NCBI GenBank assembly: GCA_004431415.1
Contig: QPMI01000428.1
Location: 124,001 to 188,000 of the forward strand
DNA: 64,000 nt
Origin: Cyanophora paradoxa CCMP329
Lineage: Eukaryota > Plantae > Glaucophyta
Direction of reading: 5' to 3'
Shown piece after piece: positions 12,021 to 23,129 of this stretch; position 1 is the stretch's first letter; each line of letters opens with the position of its first letter. Made by a program: the position numbers and the translations under genes. The notes under the pieces were generated by a model. That model was not told the origin of the DNA, did not search any database, and was given only the letters and a program-made list of their open reading frames with translations.

Positions 12021-15000
12021 ATGGGAGCATTAGGCGGCGCTTGGCGCCACTTTGAGAAGGAGGACGATGCCAGCCTGGATCAGCAGCTGGCCGAGTTCAA
12101 GCGGATGGTCTTCGAGAGTGCGCCCCGCGCCATTGATGTGCGTACGAGTGCCTCTGACCGCAGACCGGCTGCCTGCAGCCCGGCCGGAGTCGCGGGCGGA
12201 CCCCAGCGGCTACCAAGCCTACGCGAAGGCATGCAGGGAAGAGGTGCGGTCGCAGCGCGGCGCTGTCGAAGCGTTTCTGCGCCGATGCGGCCGTCCGCTC
12301 CGCAGGGTCTCGTGGTGCTGACGGCGATGGAGGGGAAGCTGGCGCGGGAGAAGCTGTCGCTCGCCCGCGCGGACCTCGGCCCCGCGGGCATGCGCGCCCT
12401 CTCCGCGGCGCTGCTGGTCTGCTCGCGCCGCCCGCGCGCCCCTCGCCGTCCTCGCCGACGGCCGGCGACAGGCGAACGCGGCCGTGACGGAGCTCGACGT
12501 GGAGGAGAACGGCCTGCTGGCCGCCGGCGCCCTCGCCCTCGCACGCGTCCTCCAGGCGCGCCGCCCCGCGCCCGCCCCCGCCGCACCGCGCCGCTCCCGG
12601 AGCGAGCCCCGGCGCCCGCAGGGGAGCGCGCGCATCCGGGTGCTGCACGTCGGGCGGAACCGGCTGGGGAAGCAGGGCGGCCTGGCGCTGGCGGGCGGCC
12701 TCCGCGCCAGCGCAGCGCTTGCGCGGCTCGAGTGCGCCTCCAACGGGCTCGAGGACCAGGCGGCGGTGCGGCCCCGCGCCCGCGCCCCGCGCCGCCTTAC
12801 GAGCGGCGGGGGCGGCAGGCGGCGCTCTTCGCGGGGCTGGAGGGGAACGGGACGCTGACGCGCCTCGACCTCTCCGACAACGTCATCGGCGACGGCGCCG
12901 CGAAGGCCCTCGCCGCCCTCCTCGCCCGCAACGCGTCCGCGCCCCGCCCCCCGGCCCCGGCCCCGCCCCGGCCCGCCGCCGCCCGTCGACGTCGCGGCGG
13001 GGCGGGGGAGCAGCTGCCTGCGGGACCTGGACCTCTCCAGCAACCGCTTCACGAGCCACGCCGCGCAGGTCATCGCAAAGGCCCTCGAGGCGCGGCCCTC
13101 CCGCCCGCCGCCCGCCCCCTGCCCGCCCGCCCGCGACGGCCGCGGGGCGCAGGGCAACGTCGCGCTGGGGCGGCTGGACCTCTCCGGCAGCGAGCTGGCC
13201 GTCGACGGCTCGCTCGCCTTCGGCGCCGCCATCGCGCGCAACGCGACCCTCGGCGAGGCGCGCGCGCCCCGCGCCCGCGCCCCTTCCCTTCTTCGGCGCC
13301 TCACGCGGCCCGGCCGGCAGCTCGTGCTCTCGAACACGGGCGTGCCGCTCGAGGGCGCCATCGCCCTCGCGTACGCCCTCCGCTCCAACAGGGCCCTCCG
13401 CCGCCTCGACCTGAGGTCCGGAGACCGACGGCCGGCCGGCCGGCGCTCTCGCTCACCGCACCGCGGGCAGCTCGAACCCGCTGACGAAGGAGGGGCGCCG
13501 CGCCCTGCTGACCGCCCACCTGCGGTCCGGCAGCCAGTGCAGCCTCGGCCTCGTGCGCCCCTCCCCCCGCCGGCCGCGGCCCGCGCGGTCGCGAAGGCAG
13601 ACGCTTCGGCCGCCCGCCCGCACGGCAGGAGCGGACCGACGCGACCGTGGGCCGGAACAAGATCGTTTTCGACCCCGAGCGCCTGACGGGGTGCGCCCTC
13701 GCTTCCCACTCCGCCCGCCCCGCCCGCCCCACTCCGACGCCTCCCCGCAGCCTCTACCGCCTGCGGCTCGACGATCCCTGGGAGCGATGGGCGCGCGCCC
13801 GCCGCCCCGCGCCTCCGCCCGCTTTGCGGGCGGCCGCTGAGCGGGAGCCGGGATCAATCGCAGGTGGCGCACCGGCTGCGGGAGCGGGCGTGCACGCACA
13901 AGGGGGAGACGTGGCGGCACGCGACGCTGAACCGGCGGCGGTACCAGCTGCCGGCGCTCGCCGAGGAGCTGCCCCCCGCAGGCGTCCTCGAGGTCGACTA
14001 CATCGCCACCGTCGGGGCCCCCATCTACAAGCGGCGCGCCCCCGCCCGCCCGCGCCGGCGCCGGCGCAGGCGAGCGCGCTGACGCGGAGGGCGGGGCAGG
14101 CGTATTAAGCTGGACCTGTCGCTGCCGGAGGGCCACGGGGTCGCCCTGCAGCTCATGGAGCGCTGCCTCGAGCACATGGAGGAGAGCTGGCACGGCGAGC
14201 GCACCTTCGCCGCCCCCGCCCTCCCGCCCCGCTTAGTTCGAGCAAGGGATCGGGGGGCGTCTGCCGCGCTTCGAGCACGCCGGCTCGGGCCCCACTCACG
14301 CCGCGCCGCAGACTCGTACCTCTCGGGCAAGCCCTTCATCATCTCCAAGCAGCGGGGCGCCCTCAAGGCGCGCCCGCGCGCGCGCAGCGGGCGGCGGCCC
14401 CGCCCGAAGCGGAGCGCCCTCCCCTGAGCGTCGCGTGCCGCGCGCAGGTGCCCGAGCGGGGTGTGCTGGAGCTCAACTACTTGATCCACTCCGAGCACGC
14501 CGGCCTCCGCTTCAACAGGTGCGCCCCGCAGAGACAGACGGCGACGCGGGGGGCGGCCCGCCAAGCGCCCCCCTCTCCTCCCCCTCCACAGCTTCCCCCC
14601 CACTCCCACCCCCCCCCCTCTCCCGGTCTTGACGTCCCCCTCCCGCGGCGCGGCTGGGCAGGGAAGAGCCGGCGGGCCACTACCGCCTCCGCCTCGCGCT
14701 GCCCTGGGAGCGTTGGGTCGCCGACCAGCTCCGCACCCGCGCCCTCACCGAGGCGAGCCCGCGGCGATCGGTCCCTGTACCCCCGCGCGGCCTACTCCCC
14801 CGCTCACTCACTCCCTTTCCTCAACGAGCAGCCGGGCGAGGCGTGGCTCAACGAACACTTCAAGTGCGGGCCGCCCGCGGGACGCCTTTTCCTGCCTCGG
14901 CCGCCTCATGCGTGTGCCCCGGCCCGCGCAGCGAGAAGCCGTTCCGCTTCAAGTCCAGCTGGCAGCTGCCGGTGCGCGCTCGCCCGCGCGCACCCCTCGG

Positions 15001-16787
15001 GACCGAGCCGGCCCCGGCAGGACTGGGGCGTGCTGGAGCTGGACTTCGCGACGAGCCAGCAGGCGGCGACGCTGGCTGTGCCCTACGCCCTCGACATGGC
15101 CCGCCCCTGGTCCCAGTGGATCGCGCGCACCGCTTCCCGCCCCCCCCCCCTCCTCCTGGCCGGAGCTCCGGCGACCCCCCGGGGCAGGCGAGGCGGCTCA
15201 TCGACCGCGTGCGGGCGCTGCACGGCGGCGAGCGCTGGGACGACGTCACGCTCGACAGCGTGCGCCTCCGCCCCCCCTCCTCTCCCCCCCCCACACTTCG
15301 GAGCCCACGTACCCCCGGGACCGCGGGATCCGACTCCGCCGCAGGAGCCGCAGGAGCTCCACGACCCGAAGCACCCGTGGGCCATCCCCACCCGCGGCAC
15401 CCTCCGCCTCCGCCACCTCGCGCGTACCCCTCCTCTAGCTCCCTCCCCCTCCCCCTCATCCCCCTCCTCCCTCCCCCCCCCCCCAGGTTCTGGACCCGGA
15501 GCGAGTGCGGAAGGAGCGGCGGCGGTTCAACCTGACGTCCCCCTCCGAGGCGGCCGAGCTCGAGGCGCTCGTCGCCCTCGCCGAGGCCTCCTCCGACTGC
15601 ACGTTCCAGGTGCCCGTACCCCCCGCGAACCCCTCCCGTACCCCCCCCACTTCTCCTTGGCGACGCCCGGACAGCACGTGTCGGTGGGCAGGGAGCCCTT
15701 CCCCCCATCCCAGGACCCCGCGTGCGCCGCTCCCCGCCCCGTCCCCCCCCCCTGATCCGGGGCGGGGGCAGCGGGGTCTCTTCGGAGCTGCGGGGCCTGC
15801 TGGAGGCGAAGCGCGAGGCGCGGGAGCGCCGCGCCGTCGAGGACCGCCTCCTCGTGCGCCGTACCCCCCCCCCACACTCCTCCCCCTCCTCCTTTTACGA
15901 GCCCGCCGTGCAGGAGCAGGAAGCGTCGGCGGACGAAAGGCGGCTGGACCTCAAGACCTTCGACGCGGACTGGGTCTTCCTCGACGTGCGCTTTTGCGTA
16001 CCCCCTTCCGGCGCTCCCTCCCCGCCCCCTCCGAGCCGGCCTCGCTGCAGCCGCCGGAGCTGGGCCCGGCGCGGGACGCGGAGGAGCACGCGCTGCTCCT
16101 CGCGCGCCTCTGCCAGGCCGAGGACGACCACGAGGCGCGCCGTACCCCCCCCCCCCGCCACCTTTCCCCCCCATTCAGTAACACTGGCGGGGCACGCCGT
16201 ACCCCCGCAGGCGATGGGCATCGTGCGGGCGGCCTGCGTGGACGCCTTCAGCGCCGCGCAGGTGCGGGAGATCCTGCTCGTACCCCCCCTCAAGAGCAAG
16301 GTCCGCTCGCCGGCAGGCCCTGTACCCCATCTGCCAGGCGCGTCCTTACGCTCCGGCGCGGCAGGTGGCGGCGCTGGGGGCGATGCTGCCGCGCACGCGG
16401 GACATGCACACGCTCCTCCACAGCGCCCAGGCGCGGCCCTCCCCGTCCCACTTCGAATCCGGCTTGTTCCCTCCCGCTCGTCTCGCCTCTCCTGAGGGCG
16501 CCGCGCATGCGCAGGCGTTTCCCTTCCCCTGCGACGCGGCGCCCGTCGCGCGCGCCACCCTCAACAAGGCGTGGGTCCCGCCCGCCCCCGCCGCCCCGGC
16601 CCCGCCCGGGCCCGCCTCCTCCCCCCGCAAGAGCCCCCGCAAGCTCTCCGCCTCCGCCGCCGCCGCCGCCGCCGCCCGCCCGCCGAGCGCGCCGCACGCG
16701 CTTGCCGTCGCGGCAGGCACGCCGCGCCGCACCCCCGCGTCGCCCGCCCACGCCTTCTCCTGCAGCCCGCCCGACTGCCCTCCGTGA
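12021..16787 (+). CDS. RNI-like leucine-rich-repeat protein followed by 4-5 copies of a ~60-aa Trp-containing repeat and a helical C-terminal region
   Basis: About 30 exons. 28-aa LRRs (VTELDVEENGL, LTRLDLSDNVIGDGAAKALA, LRDLDLSSNRF, LRRLDLSSNPL), then YRLRLDDPWERWVA...GETW...GVLEVDY-type repeats. Stop at 16787. Confidence 0.8.
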
Positions 16788-16858
16788 GCGATGCGAACGA
16801 ATCTGCTCTCGAATTCCACTGCTGTACAAGGGGAGATCAAATCTCCCGGCCGTGCCGC

Positions 16859-17425
16859 CTAGCCCGGGGCGGGCGCCCCCGCGGGGCGCGCGTGGTGATG
16901 ACCGTGGCCGGGCAGCGGGTCTGCCTTCCCGCCGTCCGCCTGCCCCTCCGAGTCGTCCTCGTAGCCGCCGGCCTCGCCCACGAACTCGCGGCCGACTTCG
17001 GCCTGCGCATGCAAAAGACATCGATGCATGTGCACGTGTATGTGGATTTCAAAACCCTCGCGCCTCGGCTGGCCAACGAGGCAGAGGCGGCGTTACTCAC
17101 CTCGTGCTCCTCGCGGAACAGGTCCTCCTCGTTCTCCTCGGGCGCCGGCGCCGGCTGCGCCAAGCAAAAACGCGCACACGCGTACGTACGTCCGCGCGTC
17201 AGGGGGTGAGAGCCGCCTCCGCGCAGCGCGCAGACAGCGTGAGCGAACGCTAGAGACCAAGAACTAGCGCTGCGCGATGTTTGCACTGCGGCGCGCCTGG
17301 CAGGAGCGCCTCGGCTCTACGGCGGCGCTCGGAGAAGCGGGGCGCGCCTCCTGCAGGTTTTTGACCGTTTCCCGCTCCTCGCCGACGCCGGGAAGATTAA
17401 CGTTGTCAGCCGCGTGTCGATCCAT
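16859..17425 (-). CDS. Small (91 aa) acidic, probably disordered protein, three exons
   Basis: ATG at 17425. Exon 1 MDRHAADNVNLPGVGEERETVKNLQE with GC donor, exon 2 PAPAPEENEEDLFREEHE with GTGAGT donor, exon 3 AEVGREFVGEAGGYEDDSEG...GHGHHHARPAGAPAPG, TAG at 16859-16861. Both junctions are phase 0 and codons are GC3-biased. Confidence 0.6.
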
Positions 17426-17686
17426 GTTTGACAAGTCACACGTAACACGTTTGTGGCCCGGGTACAGCCTCCGCAAAGTTCCAGAGGCGAGCTCAGCCCC
17501 ACAGCCCCGATCGGGAGCACAGCGCAATACCGCCGCAGCGGAGCAGAGTCGGCGATAGCAGAGCCAAGGGCGGCCGGTGGTTGCAGCGTGACGGGACGGC
17601 GAGGTTCGTCTGGCGTGTCCTCTCGCACTCGGCTGCTGGTTGAAGTCTCTTTCCTGCAGCCTCCACCGCCCCGCATTGCGTCGACC

Positions 17687-20119
17687 ATGGAGCTCGACCC
17701 GAAAGCCGCGGCCATGTCGGAGGCGGGGCCCTCACAGCGGCGATCCGCCCGGGACAGCGTTATCGTGCCGATCTGCGACGACGAGCAGCTCAGGCACAGG
17801 ATAGATGAAGACTTCGAGCCGTCCTGTCACCAGGGAACCCTCGCCTGCTGGTCGGCCCTCGCACGCTTCCTACCCCCGGCCCCCGACAAGCCGGCGGTGC
17901 TGGAGAAGAAGCCGCTGCCAGACATCGAGCTTGTGATGTCGGGCCGCTCGTTTCCGGCACACAGGGCGGTGCTGGCGAAGAGCTTTTACTTCCGGGCGAT
18001 GCTGCAGGGCCCGTGGAAAGAAGCGAAGGAGGCGCGGGTGGAGATCACCGTGGACGACCCCAACATCTCAGTGGACTCCATGGCGCTGGCCATCGACTAC
18101 CTGTACGGGAAGGACGTGGCCATCCCCCCACACCTGGCGCTGCAGCTGCTGGCGACGGCCTGCATGCTCCAGCTGGACGACCTGACCGCGCTCTGCATCA
18201 AGGCGATCACCGACACGCTCAGCCCGCACACCTTCATCGACTCCGTCGAGTTCGCCATCTTCTACAGCCAGCGCAATCTTCTCGAGGTCTGCCTTCGCTG
18301 GCTCCGCTGCCACCTTGTGAGCAGCGGCGCGGGCGTCGGCCGCAAGGTGCCCGCCGCTTCTTTCTTACCTTCGTTGCCTCCGTTTCTGACCCGCCCCGCG
18401 CCCCGCAGCGGCTCAACCTCCTCCCGCGCGAGGGCGGCGCCTGCTGCCCGAACGAGTGCATCGGTGCGCCCGCTCCGCGCCGCCCGCGGCCCGCCGCGCG
18501 CCGCGCCCCGCTTGACATGCCGTGCGCCGCGCAGCGGAGGAGCAGAGCCGCTCGAACTTCGGGAGCGCGTGGCTGCGGCGGAGCGTGCGGGACGCGCAGC
18601 CGCCGCTGCACGAGCGGCGGTCGTGCACGGACTGCGACATCGTGCTGGACGGGAAGCACATCTCGTACCACAACCGGCGCCTCTCGCTCGACGTCTTCCG
18701 CGAGCTCATCGCGTCGGAGGACGCGCGGCGCGAGCGCTTCGAGCGGCACGTCCTCCCCGCCCCTCACGCGCCGCCGCCGGTGCCGCCGCTGACGCGCAGG
18801 GCGCGCGCTCGCAGGCCGGACTCGAGCGGGGAGCTGGTGCAGTGCTACATCAGGCGGGTGAAGGACGCGGAGCTGAAGGAGGAGAGGCGGTACTACCTCT
18901 ACGCGCAGGCGACGGACGAGCTGCTGCTGGTCGCCCGCAAGCGCTCCGGCGGGCGTACCTCCGAGTTCGAGATCTCCTTCGACCCCTTCGACCTCTCCCG
19001 CTTCGGCCCGCGCTTCGTCGGCGCAATGCGGTTCGCCCCTCCGCCCCCGCGCCGCCGCCGCCGCCGCCCCTGAGCGCCGGACGGCCGGGCGGGCGGGCGA
19101 CGCGCAGGTCCAACTTCCTGGGCACGCAGTACGTGGTCTACGACAAGGGGTTCGACCCCGAGGAGGTCGACCCCGCCCTCTTCCCCCTCCCCGAGCGCTC
19201 CGAGCTCGCCATGGTCTTCTACGTGCGTACCCCTCCCCTCCCCTCCCCTCCGCTTCGCTCCCCGTACCCCTCCCCCTCCGCCCCCGGAGCCTGCCCTGCT
19301 GACGCGCGGGTGCGCGCGAGCAGCAAGTGAACCTGCTGGGGGTGCGCGGCCCGCGCAAGATGACGGTGCTTGTGCCCCGCGTGCTCGAGAACCGCAAGGC
19401 CCGCGTCCACTTCCGCACCGGCGACATCCTCCGCTGGCACCTCGACCCCGCCGCGGCGGCGGCCGCCGCCGCCGCAGCCGCCCGCCGCGCCCAGAGCTCG
19501 TCCCAGGCATCTGGCTCGGGAAGCAGCAGCAGCGGTAGCAGCAGCGGAAGCAGCAGCGGCGGGAGCAGCGGCGGCGGGAGCGGGAGCGGCGGCGGCGGAA
19601 GCGGGAGCGGCGGGAGCGGCAGCGGCGCGGGGGCGGAGGGGCGGCCTGCGCGGTCCCGGGGCGACCTGCTCGCCCTCCGCAACAAGCCGCCCCTCTGGAG
19701 CGACCGTGCGCCCTCCCCCCCCCCCCCTCCCCCTTTGCCCCCCTGAAATGTACCCCCGGGCAGAGCTGAACGCGTACACGCTGAACTTCTACGGGCGCGT
19801 GAAGATGGCCTCCAAGAAGAACTTCCAGCTCATCCACCCCGAGAACCGTGCGCCCTCCCTCCACATATCGCTCTCCCGTCTTCCGCCGGTTTGGGGGGCG
19901 AGCCCGGGGCGCGCGCAGCGGACCAGATACTCCTCATGTTCGGTAAGGTGGAGACGGACGTGTTCACGCTCGATTACCGGTACCCCCTCTCCTGCCTCCA
20001 GGTGCGCCGTACCCCCCATACGCTCTGCTCCGCCCTTCCGCCGCGGCCGCTCACGGCGGCCCCCGCAGGCTTTCTCTATCGCCCTCTCCTCTTTCGACCA
20101 CAAGATCGCAGTCTCGTGA
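17687..20119 (+). CDS. BTB/POZ(-BACK)-Tubby domain fusion protein
   Basis: N-terminal BTB: DIELVMSGRSFPAHRAVLAKSFYFRAMLQGPWKE...ALAIDYLY...LLATACMLQLDDL. C-terminal Tubby: [99 protein letters not shown]. Confidence 0.9.
19450..19640 (+). repeat. Poly-Ala plus Gly/Ser low-complexity coding insertion in the Tubby variable loop
   Basis: GCC/GCG and AGC/GGC runs encode AAAAAAAAAAARRAQSSSQASGSGSSSSGSSSGSSSGGSSGGGSGSGGGGSGSGGSGSG, in frame between GPRKM and LRNKPP. Confidence 0.8.
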
Positions 20120-20857
20120 GGCCCGCGGCGCGGCGGCGGCGTCCGCGGCCTCTAGTTAGTCCTGAGGCCGTCCTCTTTCCCTATCTTTCCCATAGTGCGT
20201 ATTAAGTGCGTTTTCCCGTGATAGTGAGCATGAGCAGATATATTTCCGGCTGTAGGTTTCAGAGTTGATGTTGCGTCCGGATCCGGCCCTCCGCGGGGCC
20301 GCGACGCCGTTTGTTCTTTCAATGTACAGGTCGTCTGGCTAGTGCTACACGCGTACGGTCAGGGCGCGGGCCCGGGGGCGCCGGCAGCAAATCAGGCCAT
20401 CAGGAGTCGGCCATTGATTGCGCAGGCCCGCGCCCCCCGGCCCGACCCCAGCGCCGCGCGGACTCCGGCCGCGGGAGCGTGATTAACGTTACCCGCGCGC
20501 GACAGTCTGCAGCTGGTAGCGCGTGGCGGTCGAAGTGGACGCTCGATTCGGCGGACGCTACGTACACTGTGGTGCCACGTGCAGATGTTGCTGCCGCCGT
20601 TGCCACGGCGCAGCTGCAGCGCGAGCGCTCGCGCTAGCTACAGCGCTAGCCGGCGCCGGCGCTAGCGCTGGCGGAACTTCGAATTCGAAGCACTGAACTC
20701 GCCTACGGTACCCCCGACTCTTCGTGGTATCCCCGCGGTCGCACAAAGGCGCCCCTTTGCGGCGAAAAAAACTCCTGCCTGCGTCAGGCGAGCTCGAGCT
20801 AGCTTAGCCAAGCTATAGGGCGACCGTGCAAGCGCACCTCGCAGCAGCAGCAGCAGC

Positions 20858-23129
20858 ATGGCGGACCCTGTGGCGCAGCTCACGGCCGAAGTCGCCGCAC
20901 TAAAGGAAACAGTGGCTCAGTTGTCCGCCGACGCCGGCAAGCTCTCAACCACGTATGCCTCGCAATCAGAGCTTGCAGGAACATGGATGCTTCTTTGTGC
21001 TTTCATCATCTTCAGGTCAGCCGCTTGCGCGCGTCCAGATCAGCGCTCGCGGCGGCGGCGCTGCGGCGGCGCTTGAACGCGTATCTGGGATGATTGCCTG
21101 ACGTGCCTCTTGCCTGCAGCATGCAGGCGGGCTTCGCCCTGCTCGAGGTCGGTGCGGTGCGCTCAAAGAACGCGAGGAATATCATGGTGCGCGACCGTCC
21201 GGCGCGTGATCCTGCATCGAACGGGCGCTGACCCCGATCTTGCCCGGTCGTGATCTACTAGATGCGAGCTTGCTTCGATGCGTGCGCGGGGGCCCTGGCG
21301 TGGTGGGCGACAGGCTACGCGTTCGCCGGGCCGTGGCCCGACGACGTCGCCGCCACCCAGACCACCGTGCGCCTCCCGCCGCCGAGCGGGCGCGTCACCG
21401 CTGACGCAGGCTCGCCTCGCAGAACGGTGCCTGCGGCGCTCGCGCGCGCGCGCGGCCGCTTCGTGCCCCATCGCCCGCCCCCGGCGCTAGCGCTGACGCC
21501 GCGCGCCGCCGCCGCCGCCGCAGGCTTCATCGGCAACACGTTCTTCTTCACGTCGCGCGACTTTACTAACTGGAAGAACTGGTGAGATCGGTCGACGACT
21601 TAGATCGCGGGCGCCGCGCGCGCGGGCCTCCCAGCTGCTGCGCGCGGTGCGGCGGCCCCGCCTGACGCGCCCCGGCCCGGCGCGCAGGTTCTTCCAGTTC
21701 ACGTTCGCGGCGACGGGCTCGACGATCATCAACGGCGCGATGACGGAGCGCACGACCTTCGGCGCGTACCTCATCTACACCGGCGTCACCACCGGCTGGA
21801 TCTGTGCGCGCGCCCCGCCCGCCCGCGCCGCCCCGCCCCGCCCCGCGCGCGCCCCGCCTTTTCCCGAGCGGCGGACCCGCGCGCGCGCAGATCCCGTGGT
21901 GGCGCACTGGATGTGGAGCTGCCCGGGCTGGCTCGGCAGCAAGTGCATCGGGCTGTACGGCAGCCGCTTCGGCGACCCGATGGGCGTCGTCGGGGCGCTG
22001 GACTTTGCCGGCGCCGGCGTGGTGCACATGGTCGGAGGCTTCGCGTCGCTCATGGGCGCCATCATCGTCGGGCCCCGCATCGGCCGCTTCGACGCCTCGG
22101 GCCGCGCGGTCGAGATCCCCGGGCACTCCTCCATCCTGCAGGCGCTCGGCGCGCTGCTGCTCTGGTTCGGCTTCTACGCCTTCAACTGCGGCTCGACCCT
22201 CTTCATGAGCGCCGGCATGGATGCCGTCGCGGCGCGCGTCGCCGTCACGACGACGCTCTCCGGCGCCGCCGCCGGGCTCGTCTGCCTCGGCATGCAGAAG
22301 TGGCTGACGAACACGTGGGACCTCAACGGCCTCACCAACGGCTTTCTCGTCGGCTGCGTGGCGATCACATCGCCGGCCGCTTTCATCCAGCCCTGGGCCG
22401 CCGTCTGCACGGGCATCATGGCAGCCCTCGCCTACCTCGGCATGTCCCGCCTCGTCGCCCGCATGCGCATCGACGACCCCATCGACGCCTTCAGCGTCCA
22501 CGGCGTCGGCGGCATGATCGGCCTCATCTCCACGGGGGTCTTCGCCGTCCCGCAGTACGTCAACGCTGTGACGGGCCAGCCCAACGTCTGGGGCTGGGGC
22601 TTCGTCTACAGCGGCGGCGGCGGCGTGCAGCTCGGCATGCAACTCCTCGCGATCGTCGTGATCGCGGCGTGGGCTTCGGCCAACGCAGCGCTGCTCTTCC
22701 TGCTGCTCAAGTACCTGCCCTTCTGCTCGCTGCGCGTGCCCATCGAGGTCGAGATGATGGGCATCGACGTCTCCAAGCACGGCGGCTCCGCGTACCCCGA
22801 GTTCAAGTCCCTCGTGGTCCGCTTCCTCGGCTTGAGCTTAAGCTTGGGCGGCCTGCGCCGAGCCGCCTCCCCTCGCCTCCGCTCCAGACCGACTCGATCG
22901 CGCCCCGGGCCCGCCGCAGATCGCGGACAGCAGCATACGAAAGAGCACGCCGGACACGAGCGTGACGATGGGGCGGGGCGCGGACGGGGGCTTCGCGGTG
23001 GGCGGCTCGCGGCGGGGGCCTGGCGGCCTGAACGGCCTGGGCCAGCCGATGGTCGTCATCGACTCGCAGGGCGGCGTCGTGGCCTCCTCTTCCACAGGTC
23101 CCATCAAGGCCGCACACCACCAGGTCTAG
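20858..23129 (+). CDS. AMT1: Ammonium transporter, AMT1 type
   Basis: MQAGFALLEVGAVRSKN, NGFIG (via microexon), FFQFTFAAT, GAMTERT, DFAGAGVVHMVGG, GPRIGRFD, LLWFGFYAFNCGS, DDPIDAFSVHGVGG. Twin-His pore residues are present. Stop TAG at 23127-23129. Confidence 0.95.
21423..21426 (+). other. 4-nt microexon (AACG) of AMT1
   Basis: Context ctcgcag|AACG|gtgcct, with CTGAC branch-like motifs in both flanking introns. Needed to keep frame and to rebuild the conserved NGFIG motif. Confidence 0.75.
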
